The translations under genes and the position numbers were made by a program. The notes beneath the pieces are model-generated. The model made no database searches, was not told where the DNA came from, and saw only the letters and a list, made by a program, of their open reading frames with translations. This document shows, piece by piece, positions 10,502-21,900 of a stretch of DNA of 64,000 nt; the stretch's first letter is position 1; the number at the start of each line of letters is the position of its first letter. The DNA is from Felis catus. Taxonomy: Eukaryota. Location of the stretch: NCBI RefSeq assembly GCF_018350175.1, contig NC_058368.1, forward strand, positions 88,848,001 through 88,912,000, read 5' to 3'.

Positions 10502-12218
10502 TGGTTAAACAGCATGGAGCATCTGAAGCCATACCGTGTCTCAGGAGAAAAGGTTGATAAAATTTGTAATGCTACATCAGAAAAGATAACTTCTCTATTA
10601 GCTTCAGAACTGTCATATAGAATGGTTAGAGAATTACATTGCATGGTCTCACCAGACAGACCGGGGATTACTACAGAAATGTTGCTTGATGATTTTAGCT
10701 TGACATCTAAAGAAAAGTTTAAAAATTGGAGGTGGTGGATAATAAGAATGGGTTGCCTTTTAGATTACATTTCTTTCCTGTAACTACTCTTTAGTAAAAT
10801 CCTGTATTGTTAGGAGACAGGACTTACGTTGTCTCAAATTATGATAAAGCAAATGTAGGGAGGAATGTTCATTGCCACCTATTGGTAAAAACACAGAACT
10901 AAAACGGATTCAAGAGCATTTGTTTATTCTGAAGTTAGAATTTATGAGCAGACAGATAATATTTAGTTGTAATTTTAATAATTATATATTAAAATCTGTG
11001 AATGGAAATCATGTGTTTATATTATGCAAGCACCATTTCAATGGAAAAGTCCCTACTTTGAAATTAGCTTAAATGAAATATAAAGAAAGGACAACTGTGT
11101 GATGTGTAAACGAATACATTAAACTGTAAAAATAAGTTAACATATGCATCGACCTTTAAGAAATAAAACAAGAATAGTGGTTATATCATATTTGTGTATT
11201 TAATGTAATTTCTCATCATTTGCTTGTTTATAATATCACAAGAGCACAATATTTTTAAGCTAAAATATTTAGGTACTATTGAAAGATTTTATAAGATGAG
11301 TGATGACATCGCTAAACTTTAATTTCATACTTATGTACTTTTTTGGGGGGTATAAAACGGACTGGTTTTGTGTTTATAATTAACTATGCTTATTGGGATT
11401 ATTGTCAGTGGAGATGATCTATGGGAATTTTGCTGAAGTGTTGAATTATGGCATTCATGAGTTATTCTACATTCAACTGAAGACCCAGTAGATACATATA
11501 AAAATCTCTCATAAACACTTCTTTCATGTTTTCTGTTACGAATAATTTAGCAAGCACCTGCTATATGCCTGGAACCATTGTAGGGGTGGAGGATGGAATG
11601 GGCAATAGGAAAGGTATAGGCCCTTACTCTTGAAGCTTACAATCTATTTTGGGGAGGTAGGGTAGAGATGAATATGCACTCTGGACAACAAGCCAACAGA
11701 ATCATTTCAGATAAATGCAAATGTCTTAAAGGAAATAAAGCAGGGTCATTTATACTGCCCGTCATAGAGCCGGAACACTTGGATTCTGTGGCATGGGAAG
11801 GCCTTTCCTTACAAGGTGCTGTGTTGAAGAAGAGTTCCAAATTATCAGTCACCAGCTGTGCAAAAAGTCTGGGAGAAGAGCACTGCAGGCAGAATAAAGA
11901 GTTGATGTATAAGTTAAATGCTGACAATAAAATTTCAGGTTCAAACAATTGTGAGGGAAAGGAGGAGTATACAGAATACAGAGTAGGACAAATGGTGGAA
12001 AAGTTTGGGAAGATAAGACAGTGGCGAGATCATGTAAAGTCTCATGGGTCAGTTAAAGAACTTGTACTTCATTCTAAGGCAAAGGGAAGCGTTTGGTTAG
12101 TCTTCAGTTAGGGAAGGGGTAGGTCAAATTCAGCAGCATCTTAATTTTTGTAAACAAGTTTTATTGAAATGCTACCACACACTTTTGTTTACCTTCGTGT
12201 ATTATCTGTGGCTACTTT

Positions 12219-12688
12219 TTAAATTTTTTTAAAAAAAAATTTTAACGGGGGCGCCTGGGTGGCTCAGTCGGTTAAGCGTCCAACTTCAGCTCCGGTCATG
12301 ATCTCATTGTCCGGGAGTTCGAGCCCCGCGTCGGGCTCTGTACTGACTGCTCAGAGCCTGGAGCCTGTTTCAGATTCTGTGTCTCCCTCTCTCTCTGACC
12401 CTCCCCCGTTCATGCTCTGTCTCTCTCTGTCTCAAAAATAAATAAACGTTAAAAAAGATTTTTTTAATAAAAATAAAAAAATTAACGTTTATTTATTATT
12501 CAGAGACAGAGAGAGACAAACTGTGAGCAGGGGAGGGGCAGAGAGGGCGGGAGACACAGAATCTGAAGCAGGTTGCAGTCTCTGAGCTGTCAGCACAGAG
12601 CCCAACACAGGGCTCGAACTCACAAACTGTAAGATCCTGACCTGAGCCAAAGTCAGTCGCTCAACCAACTGAGCCACACAGGCCCCCC
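12219..12688 (-). mobile_element. CAN-SINE (outer; body 12487-12688, tail interrupted)
   Basis: Reverse-complement SINEC with TSD TATCTGTG(G/A)CTACTTT at 12203-12218 and 12689-12704. Confidence 0.9.
12247..12480 (+). mobile_element. CAN-SINE (SINEC_Fc-like) inserted in the tail of the opposite-strand SINE
   Basis: GGGGCGCCTGGGTGGCTCAGTCGGTTAAGCGTCC head, with flanking repeats AAAAAA(TT)TTAACG. Confidence 0.93.
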
Positions 12689-13220
12689 TATCTGTGACTA
12701 CTTTCATGCTACGTGGCCGAGTTGGGTATTTGCAACAAAGACTGTATGATCCACATGGCCTAAAATATTTACTATCTGATCCTTCACAAAAACGTATACC
12801 CATCCTTGAGGAGTGATAGCTTTTGTTTATTTTGAGCCATGAAATCTGTAGAGAAAAACTGTAGGGGATATAAAAAGAAGTTAGGAGGCTATTGATATAG
12901 TCTAGGTGAAATGTGATTGTGTTTTAGACTAGGCTAGGAATGGTGGAGGTGGGAGATGGAAAGATGTAGGAGATGTTAGGGAGCCAGAGCTAAAGATAAT
13001 TGCTAACGGCTTATGTGTGGGTAAAATTAAGAGAGAAATCAAGAATAATTCCCAGAATTTTGGTTTGAGCACATGCATGGAAGGTGATTTAAATATAAAA
13101 TTATCAATTATTTATTAAAATTTTAGGACTAAGATTATATTTTTACTGATAAGCAGAAAAAAATAAAACAATTTTTTATCATATAAATTAGCAAGGCCTA
13201 TCTATCGATCTATATATCTT

Positions 13221-13248
13221 TCATCATCATCATCATCATCATCATCAT
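13221..13248. repeat. (CAT)n microsatellite
   Basis: Read directly. Confidence 0.9.
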
Positions 13249-13367
13249 CTATCGTCTATCTATCTATAATTAAAAATATATTACCTTGGACTTAGCCAAA
13301 ACCTGCTTAGTCAAGTATTAGCTAAGGGTCTTGGACAAACTACTTCCCATCTCTGAGATGAATTTTT

Positions 13368-13588
13368 AAAAAAAAATTTTTTTTTCAACTTTTATTTATT
13401 TTTGGGACAGAGAGAGAGAGAGCATGAACGGGGGAGGGGCAGAGAGAGAGGGAGACACAGAATCGGAAGCAGGCTCCAGGCTCTGAGCCATCAGCCCAGA
13501 GCCTGACGCGGGGCTCGAACTCACAGACCGCGAGATCGTGACCTGGCTGAAGTCGGACGCTTAACCGACTGCGCCACCCAGGCACCCC
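13368..13588 (-). mobile_element. Young SINEC_Fc
   Basis: CpG-rich copy with perfect TSD TGAGATGAATTTTT at 13354-13367 and 13589-13602. Confidence 0.95.
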
Positions 13589-13609
13589 TGAGATGAATTT
13601 TTAAAAGTT

Positions 13610-14160
13610 AATATGAAAATGAACAGAGGGGTGTAGATATATTTTCAAAATAGTGATTTCATTTCCTTTTTTTTTTTATTTTTTTTTCAACGTTTATTTA
13701 TTTATAGGACAGAGAGAGACAGAGCATGAACGGGGGAGGGGCAGAGAGAGAGGGAGACACAGAATCGGAAACAGGCTCCAGGCTCTGAGCCATCATCCCA
13801 GAGCCTGACGCGGGGCTCGAACTCCCGGACCGCGAGATCGTGACCTGGCTGAAGTCGGACGCTTAACCGACTGCGCCACCCAGGCGCCCCTCATTTCCTT
13901 TCAATAAATACCCAGAAATGGAATTTCTGGATCATATAGTAATTCTATTTTCAAATTTTGAGGAAACGTTTATACTGTTTTATATAGTGGCTGCACCAAT
14001 TTGCATTCCTGCCAACAGTGTACAAGGTTTCCCTTTTCTACACATCAACACTTGTTATCTCTTGTTTATTTGGTAATAGACATTGTAACATGTATGAGGT
14101 GATATTTCATTGTGGTTTTGATTTGAATTTCTCTGATGGTCAGTAATGTTGAGTACCTCT
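13610..14160 (-). mobile_element. Old L1 (L1M-type) ORF2/3' fragment interrupted by a SINE
   Basis: ATACCCAGAAATGGAATT..GGATCATATAGTAATTCTATTTT..TTGAGGAAAC..GTGGCTGCACCAATTT is typical antisense L1 sequence. Confidence 0.8.
13670..13890 (-). mobile_element. Young SINEC_Fc
   Basis: CpG-rich copy with TSD TCATTTCCTTT at 13659-13669 and 13891-13901. Confidence 0.95.
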
Positions 14161-14186
14161 TTTAGATTTTATATTTATTCATGATT

Positions 14187-14294
14187 ATTTTTTTAAATGT
14201 TTGTTTATTTTTGAGAGAGAGAGAGAGCACACAAGAGCAAGGGAGGGGCAGAGAGAGAGGGAGACAGAAGATCCGAAGCAGACTCTGCACTGAC
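14187..14294 (-). mobile_element. 5'-truncated CAN-SINE
   Basis: Tail and GGGAGGGGCAGAGAGAGAGGGAGACAGA are present; the tRNA head is absent. Confidence 0.85.
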
Positions 14295-14440
14295 TGAGAG
14301 GTAAGTAGGCCTCAGCAGAAATAGCCTGATTAATAGCCATATTAATAACTGCTCCAAGGGTGAGGCAGGAGTCTTAAAACAGTCTTCTGGAGAAGATTCA
14401 TTCATCTGCATCAGAGCAGTGGTGTTCAGGGATCCTCAAC

Positions 14441-14929
14441 TATGTTAGTTTTTTTATTGTCGCTGTAACAAATTACCACAGATTTAACATCTTAAAAAAA
14501 TACCAAGTTATTCTCGTACAGTTATGCAGGTCAGAAGTCTAAAATCAAGGTGTGATCAAACTATTCCTTCTGGAGACTTCCAGAGAATAATCTGTTTCTT
14601 TGCCTTTTTTAGCTCCTAGAGGCCACCTGCGTGGAGTTGTGGCTCCTTCCTTCATTTCCAAGGTCAAATCTCTCTCTCTCTGTCCCGTTTCTTCCATTGG
14701 CATATTGCCTTCTGGGTTGGACCCTACTGTCTCCTCCTCTTATAAAGACCCTTATGATGACATGGGACTCACGTGAATAATCCAGGATTATTTCCCTATC
14801 TCAAGATCATTAATTTAATCACATCTTCAAAGTCCCTTTTACCATGTAGAACAACATATTCACAGGTTTTGGGGATCAGGACATGGATATCTTCGGGGGA
14901 GGGGTGCTATTCTTCTGTGTGCCTTACCA
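14441..14929 (-). mobile_element. MaLR LTR (MLT1C-like)
   Basis: GCTGTAACAAATTACCACA..GGTCAGAAGTC..CTTATAAAGACC..ATAATCCAGGAT..AATCACATCT..AAGTCCCTTT..ATATTCACAGGTT. Confidence 0.8.
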
Positions 14930-15316
14930 GTGAAGGAAGGTAGTTCAAGAACCCACCAAGTACCACAAGAGGAAGAATCAATTTTAAACAGTGCCAGGCT
15001 AAGAGAATATTGGTACCAGCTCAAAAGAGTAAAAATCAAAGAAGACATTTTCTGCCTCTTCCTGCCCCTATTTCTCTTTCCATGACCCCAAAGATAAGAA
15101 ATTTCTGATGATAAGCTAGAAAGGAAGGTAGAAATACAGGCTAGGGAAACAGGGAAGAATGAATCATTTTCTCCTATTGTCCTATTTTAAAATTCCCACC
15201 TAGAGCCACGTTGAGTTGAGGGCAAAGGGAGGCTTTTACTTTGAATAAATTCAAAGTTGATCATTATTGTGAAATGAACATTATAGTTGATGAGTCAGAA
15301 TTACCAGAGAATGATA

Positions 15317-15350
15317 TTGATGATGATGATGATGATGACGACGAAGATGA
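15317..15350. repeat. (GAT)n microsatellite
   Basis: Read directly. Confidence 0.85.
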
Positions 15351-16199
15351 TCTGTGAGTGATCAGACAAGTCATGCCCAGGACTCATGTAAGGAGGTAAC
15401 AAATTGAATCCACAAAGTAGATTTGAATAGGTACTGTCAGTGAGGAGGGAGGTGGGAGAATTAAGCTGTTTCCTTATTGAACTTTGAAGGTTATACTTCT
15501 TCAACATAATGGTTTAATAGTATATTCCCAACTTTCATTGTTTTATGAAAAACATGAAAAACATGAAAAAAACAGATGACTGGAAGATTGATAAAGGCTA
15601 TCATGTGATGGAACAGGTAAGAAAATGTAACCCTGAATTAGAGTTTGATATTTTAATTCCTGCATTTTCCAAAGCTAATAAATGGTTTAATTGGCAGGAA
15701 AAGAGAAAGAAGTGAACATAAAGGCTACAGAGAAGTAATTGCTGACAGTGCAAACAGAAATAGAAACAACTGAAGTGCAAGATATGGAACTACTGATAGC
15801 CATATAAAGTGACACTGAAGTACATAAATTACCATTGGGGAAAAGAGGAGAAAACGTATTAATAAAAACAGAAATGTAGTCTGGGGACATGTAGTGAAAG
15901 GGCACACTTAAACACCCTTCTGTTATTAAGGTCATATAACAAAGGAATGTCAATTCAGTAGCTATCTCTTTTGACTGCTCCATGAAGGACGACTTGTCCC
16001 TTCATACCTTAATTATGTCTGAAATTTCCATTGATCTACAACACAGTACTACACTGATGTTCATGATGTCCTGACCTCGTAAAAAAGAAAGATAATTTTT
16101 TGGAAGTATACCATTTTCTATTGCAGGAACATGAATAACACATTTTAGAAAGATTGCCATTAAAAGGTTCATATAAAAGAACTGCAGTAACTCCAATAT

Positions 16200-16915
16200 G
16201 GTGCTTAATGGTCCACTTCTCCTGGAATTCTTGTTCTCCCTTGTTGAATCAGGGTTTGCTCTGGGTAAACCAATAGAATAAAGTGGAAGTCATGATATAT
16301 GAATTTTGAAGCTAAATGACATTACAACTTCTGCCTTGGTCTCTTGAACCACATGCTCCAGGAGAAGTCAGCTAGCATGCCATGAGAATATTCAAGTAGC
16401 CCTGTAGAAAGGTGCATGTAGACAGGAACTATAGTTCCAATCTAATGGCCAGCACCAATTGTCCAAGCCACATTTGAAAAAGCCCCATTGGAAATGGACA
16501 CTCTAGCGCCAGTCAAGTGCTCTGATAACTACATCCACACTCAATATCTAACTAGAGCCTCATACTAGACCTAGAGACATAGCCCCAACTGTGCAGAATC
16601 CTCATCAATAGAATGTTGAGAGATTATAAATGGTTATTATTTTTTAAAACACTATATTTCTTAAGTGTATTTATTTTGAGAAAGACAGAGACAGCGTGAG
16701 CAGGGGAGGGGCTGAGAGAAAGAAAGAAATAGAGAATTCCAAGTAGGCTCCTCACTGTCCATGCAGAGCCCAATGTGGGGCTCAAACTCACAGGAAAACG
16801 TGAGATCATGACCTGAGCTGAAACAGTCAGATGCTTAACTGACTGAGCCACCCAGGCGCCCCTAAACCACTCTATTTCGATAGTTATTTGTTACATAGCA
16901 ATAAATAATAATATA
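16200..16915 (+). mobile_element. MaLR LTR (MLT1-like) interrupted by a SINE
   Basis: CTTCTGCCTTGGTCTCTTG..GCCAGCACCAA..CCAGTCAAG and a 3' end ATTTGTTACATAGCAATA. Confidence 0.6.
16661..16862 (-). mobile_element. CAN-SINE
   Basis: Reverse-complement SINEC with TSD TAAA(A/C)CACT(A/C)TATTTC. Confidence 0.92.
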
Positions 16916-18190
16916 TTCACCCTTAAAAAGTAAAGTGTGGAAACTAACCCAATCAGATAGCTTTGGACATACTTGTCCAAAAACAAATTCACCAGCAATT
17001 GAATTTGCTCTCTTCTGGTTGAAATTGCTATAAATTCCTAGAGCTTTACTTGCATTCTTATTCTAACTCAGGCATTAACCAGCTGCTTGAGTTAGAACAC
17101 ATTTTAAAACTGTTTTGAGACTTTTTTTTTCATTCATGAAATGGGTTCATACTATCTACCTAACAGTTTGTTGAGAGGATTAAATATGCAACATATTTAA
17201 AGCCTTTGGCATGGCAAGAAAGTTGTCAGAAAATGTTTCTTTATTTCCCCTTTTTCTAAAGCTTTTAGACTGATAAAATCTCAGTTATAATGATTGCACA
17301 TTGAGTAAAATAATTTATGGTATTGATTTTTTTTTAATTCCAGAGGATATTAACAGCCAGTAGGTTTATGTTTTCTGAATATGTTGAAACCATGCTTTGG
17401 GGGGATATAAGATTGATCATGCCTTCACAGTGCTCTGGGGTGCCAAATTCTGCTTATTAAACCAATTGCTATTTGGAGTGCTACGTGGATTTTGAAGAAA
17501 AATTCATATTAATTGCAAGGATTGAGAGAAAATTTTCTCAATGTAGCTTCATATGTTTGGAGGAATATTACAAAATGATAGAAAACAGTCACTAATAAAA
17601 TGATATGTTCCATTTTGAAACATAGTAGTTTGATTAAAGGCAAGCAGGGCGGGAGGGAGGTTCAGAGCTGAGCTGAAATCTATCCAAGTCCATGGCTGAT
17701 ATGGTCTAAGGATTTAGGGAGCTTTATAATTAAAATCTTTAGCCTGCTGTGGAGAATCGATATTCACCTGTAGTTCTTCACTGTTGCTAGAGAACGTCTC
17801 TAAATTTGTTCTCACCTTTGTTTTGCAGCACACCTTAACAAAAAAGGTAAGCCTGTACTGCTCAATCTTTGTATCTGCAAGTTTCTTAGAGTTATTCTGA
17901 GCATTTTCATTACAAGTTAGGCTCCAAAGGATTTAGGTTTGGCCAAACTGAAGCGAGAAAACCTGCCCAATCTAGGCCTGCTCTGTTGGGTCCCCCTGAT
18001 TTTGGGATTAGTCCTATATGTATTCTGTCGTGTTTCATAGCAAACTTCCTGAGGTTATCCCCAACAACTTGGTTCAACTTGCAGCTTCAACGGACCAAGA
18101 ATATGAAAACCACCTGCAGCTCATATAATCTGAACATCCCTGAAATTGGAGATTTTTAAACTACAAAACCAAAAGAGAATCAAAATTCAA

Positions 18191-18400
18191 GGGGTGCCTA
18201 GGTGGCTCAGTCGGTTAAACATAGGACTCTCGGTCTCGGCACAGTTCATGATCTTATGGTGCCTCAGCTTGAGCCCAGTGTCCAGCTCTGTGTGCTGTCA
18301 GCACAGAGCCTGCTTGGGATTCACTATCTTTCTCTCTCTCTCTGCTCCTGCCCTGTTCACGTTCTCTCTCTCTCTCAAAATAAATAAATAAACCTAAAAA
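18191..18400 (+). mobile_element. CAN-SINE
   Basis: GGGGTGCCTAGGTGGCTCAGTCGGTTAA head, (CT)n region and AATAAATAAA tail. Confidence 0.92.
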
Positions 18401-18474
18401 ATTGTCTAGACAGAATTTTTGCAGTTTATTTTGTCCTTAATAAATTACATCTTCTATCTCCTGCATGGGTTCAC

Positions 18475-18538
18475 TTTTTTTTTTTTTAGCACATGAGAGA
18501 AAGAGGGTGTGAGGGTGGGAGAAGGTGATAGGGAGGGG

Positions 18539-18576
<38 letters not shown>

Positions 18577-18706
18577 GAGAGAATCTTAAGCAGGCTCCAC
18601 ACTCAGCACAGAACCAAACTCAGGGCTCAATCCCACACCCCAGGATCATGACCTGAGCCAAAATCAAGAGTCTGATGCTCAACTGACTGAGCCACCCAAG
18701 CGCCCC
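18475..18706 (-). mobile_element. CAN-SINE (short variant)
   Basis: Ends CTGAGCCACCCAAGCGCCCC; has (GA)n and a T tail. Confidence 0.9.
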
Positions 18707-18903
18707 TTCTTTTATATTCTAAATAATTACACTTCTGTTCTTTTCGTATCACATCTACATGTCCCAAATATGATAATGCATATTAAATATGTATTTATAT
18801 GTGTTGAATATATTAAGTATATATCACATGTCGTATGTACTTATTTATAATGTATATAAAATATATATGTATTCATAGATATATATTCAGATATTTAAAT
18901 ATT

Positions 18904-21900
18904 CTTTCATTTAATGTATTTTTTAATTTACATCCAAGTTAGTTAGCATATACTTCAACAGTGATTTCAGGAGTAGATTAATGCCTCTTACCCATTTAGC
19001 CCATCCCCCCTCCCACAACCCCTCCAGTAACCCTCTGTTCTCCATATTTAAAGACTCTGTTATGTTTGGTCCCCCTCCCTGTTTTTATATTATTTTTGCT
19101 TCCCTTCCCTTATGTTTATCTGTTTAGTATCTTAAAGTCCTCATATGAGTGAAGTCATATGATATTTACCTTTCTCTGACTAATTTTGCTTAGCAAAATA
19201 CCATCTAGCTCCATCCAGATAGTTGCAAATGGAAAGATTTCATTTTTTTTTGATTGCCGAGTAATACTTCATTGTATATATATGCCACATCTTCTTTATC
19301 CATTCATCCATCGATAGATATTTGGGCTCTTTCCATACTTTGGCTATTGTTGAGAGTGCTGCTATAAACATTGGGGTATGTGTGTCCCTTTGAAACAGCA
19401 TACCTGTATCCCTTGGATAAATACCTAGCAGTGCAATTTCTGGGTCGTTGGGTAGTTCTAGTTTTAATTTTTTGAGGAACCTCCATACTGTTTTTCAGAG
19501 TGGCTGCACCAGTGTGCATTCCCACCAGCAGTGCAAAAGAGATCCTCTTTCTCCGCATCCTCGTCGACATCTGTTGTTGCCTGAGTTGTTAATGTTAGCC
19601 ATTCTGACAGGTGTCAGGTGGTATCTCATGGTGGTTTTGATTTGTATTTCCCTGATGATGAGTGATGCTGAGCATCTTTTCATGTGTCTGTTAGCCATCT
19701 GGATGTCTTCTTTGGAGAAGTGTCTATTCGTGTCTTTTGCCCATTTCTTCACTGGATTATTTGTTTTTTGGGTGTTGAGTTTGATAAGTGGTTTATAGAT
19801 TTTGGATACTAACCCTTTATCTGATATGACATTTGCAAATATCTTCTCCCAGTCTGTTGGTTGCCTTTTAGGTTTGCTGATTGTTTTTTTCACTGTGCAG
19901 AAGCTTTTTATTTCGATGAGGTCCCAGTAGTTCATTTTTGCTTTTGTTTTCCTTGCCTCTGGAAATGTGTTGAGTAAGAAGTTGCTGCGACCAAGATCAA
20001 AGAGGTTTTTGCCTGCTTTCTCCTCGAGGATTTTGATGGCTTCCTGTCTTACATTGAGGTCTTTCATCCATTTTGACTTTATTTTTGTGTATGGTGTAAG
20101 AAAGTTGTGCAGGTTCATTTTTCTGCATGTCGCTGTCCAGTATTCCCAGCACCACTTGCTGAAGAGACTCTTTATTTCATTGGCTATTCTTTCCTGCTTT
20201 GTCAAAGATCAGTTGGCCATATGTTTCTCAGTCCATTTCTTGGTTCTCCATTCTATTTTATTGATCTGAGTGTTCTTGTGCCAGTACCATACTGTCTTGC
20301 TGATTACAGCTTTGTAATACAGCTTGAAGTCCGGGATTGTGTTGCCTCCTGCTTTTGTTTTCTTTTTCAAGATTGCTTTGGCTATTGGTATCTTTTCTGG
20401 TTCCATACAAATTTTAGGACTGGTTGTTCCAGCTCTGTGAAGAATGCTGGTGTTATTTTGATAGGGATTGCATTGAATATGTAGATTGCTTTAGTTAGTA
20501 TTGACATTTTAACAATATTTGTTCTTCCTATCCAGGAGCATGGAATCTTTTCCCATTTTTTTGTGTCTTCTTCAATTTCTTTCATAAGCTTTCTATAGTT
20601 TTCAGTGTATATATTTTCACCTCTTTGGTTAGATTTATTCCTAGGTATTTTACGGGTTTTGGTGCAATTTTAAATGGGATCGATTACTTGATTTCTCTTT
20701 CTGTTGCTTCATTATTGGTGTATAGGAATGCAACTGATTTCTGTGCATTAATTTTATATCTCGTGACTTTGCTGAGTTCATGGATCAGTTCTAGCAGTTG
20801 TTTTTAGTGGAAGCTTTTGGGTTTTCCATATAGAGTATCATGTCATCTGCAAAGAGTGAAAGTTTGATCTCCTCCTGGCCTATTTGTATTCCTTTTATTT
20901 CTTTGTGTTGTCTTATTGCTGAGGCTAAGACTTCCAATACTGTGTTGAATAACAGTAGTGAGAGTGGACATTGCTGTATTGTTCCTGACGTTAGGGGGAA
21001 AACTCTCATTTTTTCTCCACTGAGGATGATATTAGCATTGGGTCTTTCGTATATGGCTTTTATGATCTTGAGGTATGATCCTTGTATCCCTACTTTCTTC
21101 AGGGTTTTTATTAAGAAAGGATGCTGTATTTTGTCAAATGTTTTCTCTGTGTCTATTAAGAGGATCATGTGGTTCTTGTCCTTTCTTTTATCGATGTGAT
21201 GAATCACAATGATTGTTTTGTAAATATTGAATGAGGCCTGCATCCCAGGTATAAATCCCACTTCTCATGGTGAATAATTTTTTTAATGTATTGTTGGATC
21301 TGGTTGGGTAATATCTTGTCGAGGATTTTTGTGTCCATGTTCATCAGGGAAATTGGTCTATAGTTCTCCTTTTTAGTGGGGTCTTTGTCTGGTTTTGGAA
21401 TCAAGGTAATGCTGGCTTCATAGAAAGAGTTTGGAAATTTTCCTTCCATTTCTATTTTTTATAACAGCTTCAAGAGAATAGGTGTTAATTCTTCCTTAAA
21501 TGTTTGGTAGAATTCCCCTGGAAAGCCATCTGGTCCTGGAGTCTTGTTTTCTAGGAGATTTTTGATTACTTATTCGATTCTTTACTGGTTATGGGTCTGT
21601 TCAAATTTTCTATTTCTTTCTGTTTCAGTTTTGGTAGTTTATGGGTTTCTAGGAATTTGTCCATTTCTTCCAGATTGCCCACTTTGTTGGCATGTAATTG
21701 CTCATAATATTCTCTTATTATTTTTATTTCTGCTGCATTGGTTGTGATGTCTCTTCTTTCATTCTTGATTTTATTTATTGGGGTCCTTTCCTTTTTCATC
21801 AAACTGGCTAGTGATTTATCAATTTTGTTAATTCTTTCAAAGAACCAGCTTATGGTTTCATTGATCTGTTCTACTGTTTTTTTTGTTTTGTTTTGTTTTT

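Larger units (their letters stand above)
12120..12806 (+). mobile_element. MER58A-like hAT DNA transposon, split by two SINEs
   Basis: TTTTTGTAAACAAGTTTTATTGAAA lies on the left and GCCTAAAATATTTACTATCTG..CCTTCACAAAAA on the right. Both match the MER58A consensus as recalled. Confidence 0.75.
11545..13090 (+). mobile_element. Degenerate L2 fragments, interrupted by the MER58/SINE nest
   Basis: L2-like phrases such as AAGCACCTGCTATATGCC, CTTACAATCTA..GGGGAG and GTTAGGAGGCTATTG..AGTCTAGGTGA. Confidence 0.5.
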
